Assembly: GCF_035943735.1 (NCBI RefSeq)
Contig: NZ_DASZBV010000019.1
Coordinates: 5,463-69,462, forward strand
Source of the DNA: Pseudolabrys sp.
GTDB lineage: Bacteria > Pseudomonadota > Alphaproteobacteria > Rhizobiales > Xanthobacteraceae
Direction: 5' to 3'
DNA: 64,000 nt
This document shows positions 1-9,396 of the stretch, piece by piece (the first letter of the stretch is position 1; each line of letters starts with the position of its first letter). The position numbers and the translations under genes were made by a program. Under the pieces are notes generated by a model that was not told the origin of the DNA, did no database searches, and saw only the letters and a program-made list of their open reading frames with translations.

Positions 1-2
1 AG

Positions 3-563
3 GAGCCGTCGCAACTGGCCGGCGTGCCGGTGTCGGTCGGCTACCAGTCGGGCAGCCACTATTCGACGGTGCAGGCGCTGGAGCAGTACCTCAAGCCGGA
101 GGAGATCAACCTCGTCTATGCCGACGGCATGCTGTTCGCGCGCATGGAGAAGCTGTTCGAGGGCAGCGCGCCGGCGGTGCACCTGTTCGGCGGGCCGTAT
201 TACTTCGCCGAGCAGCTCGGCTACCGCAAGGTGATCGACTGCACCTTCATGATCGGCACCATGATCCACGGCGATCCCGATCCGGAAGACCTGCGCAAGT
301 TCTTCCGCGCGCTGCGGCGGGCCCAGCGCGACCTCGACCTGCGCCCCGAACTCTATACGCACTACTACAAGAACGAATTCCCCGACCGCTTCCACGCCAG
401 GATGGATACCCGCCGCTGGGGTCCCGGCGAGCGGCTGGTGTTCGAGCCCTACACCAAGGACGTCTACGAGGAGTCCTTCGAGTGGATCGCCTCCCGCGGC
501 ATCTTCCCGCAGGGCACGATGGGCGCCGGCCAGTACGAGAAGGCGACCTTGTCGCTGGCGTGA
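3..563 (+). CDS. solute-binding-like protein, C-terminal part (5' end lies outside the window)
   Basis: The frame is open from nt 3 to the stop at 561-563, so the listed ORF 24..563 starts at an internal GTG. There is only a weak resemblance to NMT1/SsuA-type binding proteins, and the family assignment is tentative. Confidence 0.45.
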   Translation, partial: EPSQLAGVPVSVGYQSGSHYSTVQALEQYLKPEEINLVYADGMLFARMEKLFEGSAPAVHLFGGPYYFAEQLGYRKVIDCTFMIGTMIHGDPDPEDLRKFFRALRRAQRDLDLRPELYTHYYKNEFPDRFHARMDTRRWGPGERLVFEPYTKDVYEESFEWIASRGIFPQGTMGAGQYEKATLSLA

Positions 564-591
564 GCGCAAGGCGCCGCCGCCAGCGTGCGCG

Positions 592-806
592 CCCCCTCTC
601 CCCGCCCGAACTCGGGTTTGCCCGAGTTCGGCACTATCAAGCGGTCGAAGTCGGAAACATCCGACTTCGACCGGGGAGAGGGCTGGGGTGAGGGGGTTCA
701 GGACTCAATGAGTTTGTAACCCCTCACCCGCCCGCGGCCATAGCGCGTCGAAGACGCGCCTAAACGCGCTTATGGCGCGGTCGACCTCTCCCTATGGGAG
801 AGGTGA
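592..806. repeat. REP-like nested palindrome cluster
   Basis: CCCTCTCCCCG (594-604) pairs with CGGGGAGAGGG (672-682) and encloses two hairpins: CCGAACTCGGG-tttg-CCCGAGTTCGG and GTCGAAGTCGGA-aacat-TCCGACTTCGAC. A GGTGAGGGGG...CCCCTCACC hairpin and a CCTCTCCC-tat-GGGAGAGG hairpin follow. The inner hairpins recur inverted at 61606-61672. Confidence 0.85.
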
Positions 807-960
807 GGAAGGTGGGCCTCCCAACCATTCTCTGCCCACCCGGCAACCATACCGGTCTTGCCGCACTGCGGAATGACGCCGCGGCGCTTTTCTTTGCGCC
901 TGCCATCATGCATTCTGTCCCCAACTTTGAAGAAACTGCATTTTACCGGGAGGGACAATC

Positions 961-2130
961 ATGAAGCGCATTCTGTTGGGCGGCCTCGCCATGCTGGCGG
1001 CCGCCGGGCTTTCCACTGCGGCCAGCGCGCAGGGCACGATCAAGATCGGCGTCATCGCCGCCTATTCGGGCCAGTTCGCCGACACCGCGGCACAGATCGA
1101 CAACGGCATCAAGCTGTACATGAAGCAGCACGGCGACACCGTCGCCGGCAAGAAGATCGAGATCATCCGCAAGGACACCGGCGGCCCGAACCCGGACGTC
1201 GCCAAGCGGCTCGCGCAGGAACTGGTGGTGCGCGACAAGGTCGACATCCTGGCCGGCTTCACGCTGACGCCCGAGGCGCTCGGTGCGGCCGGCATCGCCA
1301 CCGAGGCGAAGAAGCTGCTGGTCGACATGAACGCCGCGACCTCGATCGTCACCGAGAAGTCGCCCTACATCGTGCGCACGTCGGTGACGCTGGCGCAGAT
1401 CTCCGAGACCGCCGGCACCTGGGCCGCCACCAAGGGCGGCGTCAAAAAGGTCTACACCATGGTCTCCGACTATGGTCCCGGCCTCGACGCCGAAGCCGGC
1501 TTCCAGAAAGCGTTCAAGGCTGCCGGCGGCCAAGTCGTCGGCTCGGTGCGCATGCCGGTCGCCAATCCCGACTTCTCGGCCTTCGTGCAGCGCGCCAAGG
1601 ACCTGAACCCGGAAGCGATCTTCATCTTCATCCCGGGCGGCGCGCAGCCGGCGGCACTCGGCAAGGCGTTCGCCGAACGCGGCATCGATCCGAAGAAGAT
1701 CAAGATCATTTCGACCGGCGAGGCGGTGGACGAGACCGCGCTCAAGGCGCTCGGCGATCTCGGGCTCGGCCGCATCTCCGTCTGGCACTACGACTACAAC
1801 CTGCCGTCGAAGACCAACCAGGCCTTCGTCAAGGCGTTCAATGCCGACTTCAAGCGCAACCCGGACTTCTTCGCGGTCGGCGCCTATGACGGCATGCACC
1901 TCATCTACGAGGCGCTGAAAAAGACCAAGGGCAAGACCGACGGCGACTCGCTGCTGGCCGCCGCCAAGGGCATGAAGTGGGAAAGCCCGCGCGGCCCGAT
2001 CTCGATCGACCCGAAGACGCGCGACATCGTGCAGAACGTCTACATCCGCAGGGTCGAGAAGGTGAACGGCAAGCTGGTCAACGTCGTGTTCGACACCGTC
2101 AAGGACGTCAAGGACCCGACGCATAAGTAG
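961..2130 (+). CDS. ABC transporter substrate-binding protein, Leu/Ile/Val-binding (LivK-like) family
   Basis: 389 aa with a signal peptide (...STAASAQG). It has a LivK-like periplasmic binding fold and is followed by matching permease and ATPase genes. Confidence 0.9.
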   Translation: MKRILLGGLAMLAAAGLSTAASAQGTIKIGVIAAYSGQFADTAAQIDNGIKLYMKQHGDTVAGKKIEIIRKDTGGPNPDVAKRLAQELVVRDKVDILAGFTLTPEALGAAGIATEAKKLLVDMNAATSIVTEKSPYIVRTSVTLAQISETAGTWAATKGGVKKVYTMVSDYGPGLDAEAGFQKAFKAAGGQVVGSVRMPVANPDFSAFVQRAKDLNPEAIFIFIPGGAQPAALGKAFAERGIDPKKIKIISTGEAVDETALKALGDLGLGRISVWHYDYNLPSKTNQAFVKAFNADFKRNPDFFAVGAYDGMHLIYEALKKTKGKTDGDSLLAAAKGMKWESPRGPISIDPKTRDIVQNVYIRRVEKVNGKLVNVVFDTVKDVKDPTHK

Positions 2131-2134
2131 GCGC

Positions 2135-2156
2135 AGGCGCGGCGCGAGCCGCGCCT
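2135..2156 (+). terminator. GC-rich hairpin downstream of the binding-protein gene
   Basis: AGGCGCGG-cgcgag-CCGCGCCT lies 5 nt after the stop. There is no U-tract, so it may only attenuate. Confidence 0.35.
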
Positions 2157-2158
2157 CA

Positions 2159-2268
2159 CCTCTCCCATTGGGAGAGGTCGGCCGCGCGAAGCGCGGACGT
2201 GTGAGGGGTTATGGCGACTGAGATTCAGTAGCCCCCTCACCCCAGCCCTCTCCCCAACGGGGAGAGGG
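2159..2268. repeat. REP-like nested palindrome
   Basis: CCTCTCCC-att-GGGAGAGG ... GTGAGGGG ... CCCCTCAC ... CCCTCTCCCC-aac-GGGGAGAGG. The architecture matches 12861-12998, 48947-49096 and 60041-60190. Confidence 0.85.
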
Positions 2269-2331
2269 AGCCTGCCCTGCACGTGGCAATCGCAGAACTT
2301 CAGCAACGATCAAGGCGACTTCGACCGCATC

Positions 2332-3195
2332 ATGCTGCCTCCCGTCTTCGGAGTCCTGTTCGACGGCCTGGCCTACGGGATGCTGCTGTTCGTTTTGTCG
2401 GTCGGCCTGTCGGTGACGCTCGGGCTGATGAACTTCGTCAACCTCGCGCACTGCGCCTTCGCCATGCTCGGCGGCTACGTCACCGTCACCTTGGTCAACG
2501 ACTATCACTGGCCGTTTCTGGCGACGCTGCCGGCGGCCTTCCTCGCCGCCGCAGCGGCGAGCGTGGTGTTCGAGCGGCTGCTCTATCGCCGGCTTTACCG
2601 CGCGACCGACCTCGACCAGGTGCTGCTGACCATCGGCATCGCCTTCATCTCGGTGGCGGTCGCCGCCTACATCTACGGCACGCTGCAGCAGCCGATCGAG
2701 ACGCCGCATTTCCTGCAGGGCGCCGAGCACGTGCTCGGTCTCGACCTCGGCAAATACCGGCTGTTCCTCATCGCCATCGCGCTCATCGTGACGATGCTGC
2801 TCATCGCCGGGCTCGAATACACGCGCTTCGGCGCGCAGGTGCGCGCGGCGGTCGACAACCAGCGCATGGCGCGCGGGCTGGGCATCGACGTCGATCGCAC
2901 CTTCGCCATGACCTTCGCGCTCGGCTCGGGACTCGCCGGCCTCGGCGGCGCGCTGGCCATCAACATCGTCGGCCTCGATCCGAATTTCTCGTTCACCTAT
3001 CTCGTCTACGTGCTGATCATCGTCTCGGTCGGCGGGCTGGGCTCCATCGCCGGCTCGTTCGCCGCCGCCTGTCTCATCGGCGTGTCCGATATCGCCGGCA
3101 AGTATTACGCGCCCGAGCTCGGCGCCTTTATGATCTACCTGGTCATGGTGCTGGTGTTGATGTGGCGCCCCGCCGGCCTGTTCGGGAAGCGGTGA
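2332..3195 (+). CDS. branched-chain amino acid ABC transporter permease (LivH-type)
   Basis: 287 aa polytopic membrane protein with LivH-family sequence. It sits in an operon with the binding-protein and ATPase genes. Confidence 0.9.
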   Translation: MLPPVFGVLFDGLAYGMLLFVLSVGLSVTLGLMNFVNLAHCAFAMLGGYVTVTLVNDYHWPFLATLPAAFLAAAAASVVFERLLYRRLYRATDLDQVLLTIGIAFISVAVAAYIYGTLQQPIETPHFLQGAEHVLGLDLGKYRLFLIAIALIVTMLLIAGLEYTRFGAQVRAAVDNQRMARGLGIDVDRTFAMTFALGSGLAGLGGALAINIVGLDPNFSFTYLVYVLIIVSVGGLGSIAGSFAAACLIGVSDIAGKYYAPELGAFMIYLVMVLVLMWRPAGLFGKR

Positions 3196-3200
3196 GCGCG

Positions 3201-4187
3201 ATGAGCTCCACCGCGTCCGTGACCCCGCAGCAATATCTCGAGCGCCAGGGCCGCTGGCATCCGCTGGAGATCGCGTTCTGGCTGGCGACTTTGCTGCCTT
3301 ACGTTCTCTTCCCCGACTACCTGTCGCTGGCGAGCCAGATCGCCGCCGCCGCGCTGTTCGCGTTGTCGCTCGACCTGATCCTCGGCTATGCCGGCGTCGT
3401 CTCGCTTGGCCACGCCGCCTTCTTCGGCGTCGGCGCCTACACCGCCGGCATCTTCTCGAAATACGTCTGGGGCGACGTGTTCTCCGGCCTGGTCGTCGCC
3501 GCGGCGCTCGCCGCGCTCACCGGCTGGGCCTCCAGTTTCATCGTCGCGCGCTTCCGCCATCTGACGCTGATCATGATCACCCTCGGCCTCGGCCTGCTGC
3601 TCGCCGAGGCGGCGAACCGCGCGCACTGGCTGACCGGCGGCTCCGACGGGCTGCAGGGCATGGCGATTGCGCCGATCTTCGGCGTGTTCAATTTCGATCT
3701 CTACGGCAAGACCGCCTACGCCTATTCGCTGGCGGTGCTGTTCGTGATGTTCCTCGCGGCGCGGCGGCTGGTGCATTCGCCGTTCGGGCTGGCGCTGCGC
3801 GGCATCCGCGAGAATTTCGTGCGCATGCCGGCGATCGGCGCGGAGAGCCGCGCTCACATCCGCACCGTCTACACGATCGCCGCCGGCATGGCCGGCATCG
3901 CCGGCGCGCTGATCGCGCAGACGACGCAGACGGTGGCGCTCGAGTCGATCGGCTTCCAGCGTTCCGCCGACGTGCTGGTGATGCTGGTGCTCGGCGGCGC
4001 CGGGCGGCTCTACGGCGGGCTAATCGGCTCGATCATCTTCATGATCGCGCGCGACCAGCTTTCCGGCATGGCGCCGCAGTACTGGTATTTCTGGATCGGC
4101 GTGTTGCTGATCACGGTGGTGATGGTCCTGCCCAACGGCATCCTCGGCGGCCTGTCGGTGTTGTGGTCGCGCTGGAGGAAGCGATGA
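3201..4187 (+). CDS. branched-chain amino acid ABC transporter permease (LivM-type)
   Basis: In-frame ATG at 3201 (alternative GTG at 3192) inside the listed ORF 2283..4187. The upstream part of that ORF overlaps the LivH-type gene in another frame. The protein is polytopic and LivM-like. Confidence 0.85.
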   Translation: MSSTASVTPQQYLERQGRWHPLEIAFWLATLLPYVLFPDYLSLASQIAAAALFALSLDLILGYAGVVSLGHAAFFGVGAYTAGIFSKYVWGDVFSGLVVAAALAALTGWASSFIVARFRHLTLIMITLGLGLLLAEAANRAHWLTGGSDGLQGMAIAPIFGVFNFDLYGKTAYAYSLAVLFVMFLAARRLVHSPFGLALRGIRENFVRMPAIGAESRAHIRTVYTIAAGMAGIAGALIAQTTQTVALESIGFQRSADVLVMLVLGGAGRLYGGLIGSIIFMIARDQLSGMAPQYWYFWIGVLLITVVMVLPNGILGGLSVLWSRWRKR

Positions 4188-4939
4188 GCGCGGCTGCGTT
4201 GGCGATGCGCGCGCTGTCGAAGAGCTTCGGCTCGCTGGCGGTATCGCGCGACATCACGCTCGATCTCCCGGCCGGCGCGCGCTACGCGCTGATCGGCCCG
4301 AACGGCGCCGGCAAGACGACGCTCATCAATCTCGTCACCGGCATGCTGGCGCCGGACTCCGGGCAGATCTTTCTCGGCGGCGAGGACGTCACCGATCTCG
4401 AGCCGCAGGCGCGCGTGAAGCGCGGCCTGGCGCGCACCTTCCAGATCAACACCTTGTTCGCCGGATTGAACCCGCTCGAGGCGGTGACTTTGGCCGTCTG
4501 CGAGCGCGAAGGCATCGCCCGCCGCTTCTGGCAGCCGCTCGCCGCGAACGGCGCGGCGATCGACGAGGCCTACGAGATCCTGCGCAAGCTCAAGCTCGCC
4601 GACGTCTGCTACCAGATCACGCGCGAACTGCCCTACGGCCGCCAGCGGCTTTTGGAGATCGCGCTGGCGCTGGCGACCAGGCCGCGCGTGCTGCTGCTCG
4701 ACGAGCCGGCCGCCGGCGTGCCGCCGGAGGAATCGGGCGACATCTTCGAGGTGGTCGCCGGCCTGTCCGACGAGCTCAGCGTGCTGTTCATCGAGCACGA
4801 CATGCACATCGTCTTCCGCTTCGCCACGCATATCATCGTGCTGGTCGCCGGCGCGGTGTTCACGCAAGGGTCGCCGAAGGAGATCGCCGCCGACCCAGCC
4901 GTGCGCGAAGTCTATCTCGGGACGCGCAAGCATGGCTGA
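4184..4939 (+). CDS. ABC transporter ATP-binding protein (LivG-type)
   Basis: Walker A GPNGAGKTT and Walker B LLLDEPAAG. The ATG at 4184 forms an ATGA overlap with the upstream stop; the listed ORF starts at GTG 4163. Confidence 0.9.
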   Translation: MSAAALAMRALSKSFGSLAVSRDITLDLPAGARYALIGPNGAGKTTLINLVTGMLAPDSGQIFLGGEDVTDLEPQARVKRGLARTFQINTLFAGLNPLEAVTLAVCEREGIARRFWQPLAANGAAIDEAYEILRKLKLADVCYQITRELPYGRQRLLEIALALATRPRVLLLDEPAAGVPPEESGDIFEVVAGLSDELSVLFIEHDMHIVFRFATHIIVLVAGAVFTQGSPKEIAADPAVREVYLGTRKHG

Positions 4940-5651
4940 GCCGCTGCTCAGATTGGAGGGGGTGACCGCGGGCTACGGCAGCGCCACAGTGCTGCACGGC
5001 GTGTCGCTGGAGATCCCCGAGCATGGCAGCGTCGCCGTGCTCGGCCGCAACGGCGTCGGCAAATCGACGCTGCTGCTGACCATCATGGGCTACACGCAGA
5101 TGCGTGCCGGCCGCATCGTCTGGCGCGGCCAGGACGTGTCGCGGCTGGCGCCGAACAAGCGCGCGCTCGCCGGCATCGGCTGGGTGGCGCAGGAGCGCGA
5201 GATCTTCCCTTCGCTCTCGGTCGAGGAGAACCTGACGGTCGCGGCGCGGTCCGGCGCCTGGACGCTTGCGGGCATCTACACGATGTTCCCGCGCCTGTCC
5301 GAGCGCCGCCGCAACATGGGCAACCAGCTCTCGGGGGGCGAGCAGCAGATGCTGGCAATCGCCCGCGCGCTGATGACCAATCCGTCACTCCTCCTGCTGG
5401 ACGAGCCGTTCGAGGGGCTGGCGCCGGTGATCGTCGAGGAGCTGATCAAGGCGATGACGTTGCTGCTGTCCGACCGCAAGATCGCCATCGTGCTGGTCGA
5501 GCAGCAGACCGACGTGGCGCTGGAACTGACGCGCGACGCCGTCGTGCTCGAGCGCGGCGCGGTGGCGCACCGCGCACCGTCGACGGAGCTCGCGCGCGAC
5601 ACGGCGACGCTGGAGCGGCTGGTCGGCTTGCGCGTGGCGGCGAGCGCGTGA
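4932..5651 (+). CDS. ABC transporter ATP-binding protein (LivF-type)
   Basis: Walker A GRNGVGKST, signature LSGGEQQ and Walker B LLLDEP. It overlaps the upstream gene by 8 nt. Confidence 0.9.
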   Translation: MAEPLLRLEGVTAGYGSATVLHGVSLEIPEHGSVAVLGRNGVGKSTLLLTIMGYTQMRAGRIVWRGQDVSRLAPNKRALAGIGWVAQEREIFPSLSVEENLTVAARSGAWTLAGIYTMFPRLSERRRNMGNQLSGGEQQMLAIARALMTNPSLLLLDEPFEGLAPVIVEELIKAMTLLLSDRKIAIVLVEQQTDVALELTRDAVVLERGAVAHRAPSTELARDTATLERLVGLRVAASA

Positions 5652-5681
5652 CAAAATTTCCTTTCTGACGCCGGCCTCTCA

Positions 5682-5836
5682 CTTCCCCCTCCCCCCACGA
5701 GCTGTTGCGAGTTGTGGGGAGGGGTCAGGGGTGGGGGGGGCGAACTTGCTCCGCGCTTTTGAGTATCCCCCCACCCCGGTTTGCAATCGCAAGCGATTGC
5801 AAACCGACCCTCCCCACCGCTTCGCGGGGGGAGGGA
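5682..5836. repeat. REP-like palindrome cluster (CCCCACCCC / GGGGAGGG type)
   Basis: CCCCTCCCCCCAC...GTGGGGAGGGG, GGGGTGGGGGG...CCCCCCACCCC and TTGCAATCGC-aa-GCGATTGCAA hairpins. The same motif set occurs at 11643-11790 and 61491-61600. Confidence 0.8.
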
Positions 5837-5862
5837 AAGAAGACAGTGCAAGGACTCTTGCG

Positions 5863-6747
5863 ATGCCCAATCCCATGATCCCGCGCGAACGCGCCGACTA
5901 CTCCGCCATCGTCGACCGCCCGCCGCTGAAGCTGCCGGGCAAGGCACGCATCGTGTTCTGGACCATCGTCAATTACGAGGTGTGGGACATCCATAAGCCG
6001 ATGGCGCGGCAGGTGCTGCCGGCGCCGACCGGCATGGCCACCACACCGGACGTGGTGCATTGGGGCTTCCACGAATACGGCATGCGCGTCGGCTGCTGGC
6101 GCTTCTTCGAATTGTTCAAGCGGCTCGGCATCCGCCCGACGCTCGCCGCCAATGCGCGCATCTGCGAGGACTATCCGCGCGTCGCCGAGGAAGCCCGCAC
6201 AAACGGCTGGGAGTTCATGGGCCACGCCTACGAGCAGGGGCCGATCCACAAAGAAGAAGACCAGGCCGGCATGATCGCCCGCACCATGGGCATCATCACC
6301 AAGTTCGCCGGCAAGAAGCCGGTCGGCTGGCTCGGACCGGGCCTGACGCAGACGATGGAGACGCCGGACCTGCTCGCCGCCGCCGGCATCAAATACATCG
6401 GCGACTGGGTCTACGACGACGAGCCGACCACGATCCGCACCGCCAACGGGCCGCTGGTCACCCTGCCCTACACGATGGAGCTCAACGACATTCCGATGAT
6501 GCTGGTCCAGCATCACCAGAGCGATTACCTGTTGAAGCGCACCATCGACCAGTTCGACCGGCTCTACGCCGAGAGCGAGACGCGCGCCAAGTTCTGCGCG
6601 CTGGCGATCCATCCGTACATCAGCGGCCAGCCGCACCGGATCAAGTATCTGGAGCAGATCTACGACTACGTGAACCGCCATGCCGGCGTGCTGCACTGGA
6701 ACGGCGAGGAAATGCTCGACTGGTACGGCGGAGTTGCCAAGGGATAG
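5863..6747 (+). CDS. polysaccharide deacetylase family protein
   Basis: ATG at 5863 within the listed ORF 5731..6747; the upstream part of that ORF is REP sequence. It is a paralog of 10729..11640, sharing HEYG.RVG.WR, GWLGPGLT.T.ET and HPYI.G.PHR. Confidence 0.8.
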   Translation: MPNPMIPRERADYSAIVDRPPLKLPGKARIVFWTIVNYEVWDIHKPMARQVLPAPTGMATTPDVVHWGFHEYGMRVGCWRFFELFKRLGIRPTLAANARICEDYPRVAEEARTNGWEFMGHAYEQGPIHKEEDQAGMIARTMGIITKFAGKKPVGWLGPGLTQTMETPDLLAAAGIKYIGDWVYDDEPTTIRTANGPLVTLPYTMELNDIPMMLVQHHQSDYLLKRTIDQFDRLYAESETRAKFCALAIHPYISGQPHRIKYLEQIYDYVNRHAGVLHWNGEEMLDWYGGVAKG

Positions 6748-6814
6748 AGCGGGCGATAGCGTTGGGCCGCGTCCCAAAAGCATAAAAAGCGCGATTTTCC
6801 CGGGAGGAAAACAC

Positions 6815-7828
6815 ATGCGTAGCAAGACGATTTTGCGCGCCGTGCTCGGCGCGGCGCTGGCTGCCGCCCTGCTCACGCCGGCGCTGGCCGCCGACAACGA
6901 GATCCGCCTCGCGCAGCAGTTCTCGATGGGCTACCTGCAGCTCAACGTGATGCAGCACGAGAAGCTGATCGAGAAGCACGCCAAGGCGCTCGGAATTCCC
7001 GACGCCAAAGTGTCGTGGTTCAAATTCAACGGCCCGACCGCGGTCAACGAGGCGCTGATCTCCGGCAATGTCGACATCGGCTCCGGCGGCGTGCCTGGGC
7101 TTTTGACGCTGTGGGCACGCACCAAGGGCACGCCGCAGGAGGTGCGCGGCATCTCGGCGCTGTCGTCGCAGCCGTTCCTGCTCAACGCGAAGAACCCGGC
7201 GATCAAGACCATCGCCGACTTCAAGGACTCGGACCGCATCGCCGTTCCCGCCGTGCGCACCTCGGTGCAGGCGATGACGCTGGAGATGGCGGCGGCGAAG
7301 CAGTGGGGCGACAAGAACTTCGAGAAGCTCGACCCGCTCACCGTGTCGATGACGCCGCCGGACGCCACCGTGGCGCTCCTGAAGGGCGGCGCGCAGATCA
7401 CCGCGGCGTTCAGCGTGCCGCCGTTCCAGTTCATGCAGCTCGAAGACAAGGACGTGCACACCGTCCTCAACTCGTACGACGCGATGGGCGGGCCGCACAC
7501 CTTCACCGCCATCTGGACGTCGAAGAAATTCCGCGACGGCAATCCGAAGATGTATCGGGCCTTCGTCGCGGCGCTGAAGGAGGCGACCGACATCGTCAAC
7601 AAGGACAAGCGCAAGGCGGCCGGATACTGGATCGAGGACTCGAAATCGAAGCTGCCGCTCGACAAGGCGACGGCGATCGTCTCCGGCGCGCAGGTGCACT
7701 GGACCATGGTGCCGGAGAACACGATGAAGTACGCCGACTTCATGGCGAGCGTCGGCCGCATCAAGGTGAAGGCTACGTCGTGGAAGGATTACTTCTTCCC
7801 CGAAGCGGACGGGATGAAGGGGAGCTGA
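6815..7828 (+). CDS. ABC transporter substrate-binding protein (NitT/TauT/SsuA-like family)
   Basis: ATG at 6815 is preceded by GGGAGGA. There is a signal peptide (...LTPALAADNE). No cognate permease gene is adjacent. Confidence 0.8.
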   Translation: MRSKTILRAVLGAALAAALLTPALAADNEIRLAQQFSMGYLQLNVMQHEKLIEKHAKALGIPDAKVSWFKFNGPTAVNEALISGNVDIGSGGVPGLLTLWARTKGTPQEVRGISALSSQPFLLNAKNPAIKTIADFKDSDRIAVPAVRTSVQAMTLEMAAAKQWGDKNFEKLDPLTVSMTPPDATVALLKGGAQITAAFSVPPFQFMQLEDKDVHTVLNSYDAMGGPHTFTAIWTSKKFRDGNPKMYRAFVAALKEATDIVNKDKRKAAGYWIEDSKSKLPLDKATAIVSGAQVHWTMVPENTMKYADFMASVGRIKVKATSWKDYFFPEADGMKGS

Positions 7829-7839
7829 GGGCGTTTCTT

Positions 7840-7866
7840 CCCTCTCCCCGCATTGCGGGGAGAGGG
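7840..7866. repeat. REP hairpin
   Basis: CCCTCTCCCCG-cattg-CGGGGAGAGGG. Confidence 0.85.
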
Positions 7867-7948
7867 TGGCGAACGCCGGCGTCAGCGCGTTTGCGCGCGG
7901 CTTCGACGCGCTCCGCTTGCCGCGGTCAGCATAAAGACCTCACACCGC

Positions 7949-7962
7949 TTGATCTGCATCAA
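7949..7962. promoter_or_regulatory. FixK/FNR-type box TTGATCTGCATCAA
   Basis: Perfect TTGAT-N4-ATCAA palindrome in an intergenic region, 97 nt upstream of the BA14K gene start. Confidence 0.6.
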
Positions 7963-8059
7963 CATCGCTCGATTGGTCGCATGGCATAGCTCATCGATCC
8001 AACCCATTGCGCCAAATGCCCGCTGAAGACAGCGGACCGCATGGGACAGGAGAAATGCC

Positions 8060-8464
8060 ATGACAATTCGGTCTTTTACTATCGCCACGGCGTTGCTCGC
8101 AATGAGCATTGCGCCGGTCGCGAACGTCGCATCGGCGATGCCGATCAGCAAATCCGTCGCCGCTGATCGTTCTGCCGCGGCCAATATCCAGACTGTGCAA
8201 TATCGCCATAGAGGCGGCCACGGACATTACCGCGGTGGCGGAGGTGGCGGCGCCGGTGTGGCGGCAGGGCTCATCGGCGGCATGATCCTGGGCGGCATGC
8301 TCGCAGGCCCCCGCTATTACGATTACGCCCCTGGCCCGTACTATGGCCCGGGTTACTACGGCGGCGGTGACGCGGTGGGCTACTGCATGCGGCGGTTCAG
8401 GTCCTATGACCCGGGCAGCGGCACCTATGTTGGTTATGACGGCTACCGCCATCCGTGTCCGTGA
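8060..8464 (+). CDS. BA14K family protein (secreted, Gly/Tyr-rich)
   Basis: Signal peptide and a Gly-rich tract. The C-terminal motif CMRRFRSYDPGSGTYVGYDGYRHPC is typical of BA14K. RBS GGAGAA. Confidence 0.85.
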   Translation: MTIRSFTIATALLAMSIAPVANVASAMPISKSVAADRSAAANIQTVQYRHRGGHGHYRGGGGGGAGVAAGLIGGMILGGMLAGPRYYDYAPGPYYGPGYYGGGDAVGYCMRRFRSYDPGSGTYVGYDGYRHPCP

Positions 8465-8519
8465 GCGGACAGCGACGTCGAACCAGGCAAAGCGCGGTCG
8501 GCCGGAGAGCTGAGCTCAC

Positions 8520-9131
8520 ATGACGACGAACAGCTCTTCGGCAAGCGATCGGATTTCCGCGTCCGCCGCAAAGTCGATCGGTGACCACTGGGTCGTCTTC
8601 GTGGTCGAGGGCGTGGCTCTTGTCGCGCTGGGGCTCGTGGCGATTATCGTTCCCTCGATCGCCCCCTCATACCTGACCGTTGCCCTCGGGTGGATCTTTC
8701 TCGGCAGCGGAGCCATAGGGTTGGCGACGACCTTCTGGGCGCGGCAGGCACCGGGATTCTGGTGGTCTCTGGCGTCGGCGTTACTTGCAATTCTCGTCGG
8801 CGTTATCCTGATCGTAAACGAGGCGCACGAATTGTACGGCGGGCTGCTCGGATGGCCATTCGAGGCAGCCGGCCCGTTGCGGCCGATATTGGTCCTGTTT
8901 TTCCTGGTCGAAGGCGGAGCGTCCATCATGTTCGCGATGGAGCACCGGCGCGAGTTTTCCGGACGCTGGGCCTGGATGGTTGCGAGCGGCGCTGTCGATA
9001 TCGTCCTGGCGAGCATCATTATTTTCAATCTTCCGGGCACGTCCGCCTGGACCATGGGGCTGCTTGTGGGGATCAACATGATTCTCGGAGGCGTCGTACT
9101 GCTCGCGATGGGACTTCACGCGCGCCTTTGA
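8520..9131 (+). CDS. HdeD family (DUF308) acid-resistance membrane protein
   Basis: 203 aa with about six TM segments. The DUF308 repeat pattern is visible (HWVVFVVEGVALVALGLVAII...). Confidence 0.8.
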   Translation: MTTNSSSASDRISASAAKSIGDHWVVFVVEGVALVALGLVAIIVPSIAPSYLTVALGWIFLGSGAIGLATTFWARQAPGFWWSLASALLAILVGVILIVNEAHELYGGLLGWPFEAAGPLRPILVLFFLVEGGASIMFAMEHRREFSGRWAWMVASGAVDIVLASIIIFNLPGTSAWTMGLLVGINMILGGVVLLAMGLHARL

Positions 9132-9244
9132 AGAAAGATCGTGAGCCAGTGCGCCTTGGTAAAGTCGAGGAACATGGGCGTGTCGCAACAGCGAGCGGCC
9201 ATGCGCCGTGTCGGCGACTCCGGTTTCAGCCGCCGCGCCTCGAT

Positions 9245-9279
9245 GCGGTGCGCGACAATCCTGTGGCACCGCTTTTTTT
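9245..9279 (+). terminator. rho-independent terminator
   Basis: GCGGTGC-14 nt loop-GCACCGC followed by TTTTTTT, downstream of the hdeD-like gene. Confidence 0.6.
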
Positions 9280-9396
9280 GCATGGTCGGCTGCCGCGCCG
9301 CGCAGACATTCTCGGTCGGCTCGAAGTTCGCTATTCTTTGCCTCCAATTCAGAACTCCGGGAGAACCGGAGCCAACCATCGTCAGGGAGAACGCTC

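Noticed and set aside
943-2124. Long antisense ORFs opposite well-supported genes. Examples: 943..2124 (-), 15257..17581 (+), 21720..24350 (+), 34095..35276 (-), 44618..45973 (-), 58286..60262 (+) and 61727..62953 (+).
   Set aside because: These are typical stop-poor shadow frames of a high-GC genome. Their translations are Arg/Ala/Gly/Asp-rich low complexity with no recognisable family motifs, and each fully overlaps a gene with clear family signatures on the other strand.
2283-3200. The 5' extension of the listed 634-aa ORF 2283..4187.
   Set aside because: It overlaps the LivH-type permease gene in another frame and is Arg/Ala-rich nonsense. The LivM-type sequence starts at 3201.
9263-9281. 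A sigma-54-like TGGCAC...TTGCA sequence upstream of the GlcG-like gene.
   Set aside because: The GG-to-GC spacing is 3 nt too long for a -24/-12 promoter. The TGGCACCGC is better explained as the 3' arm of a terminator hairpin followed by a T-run.
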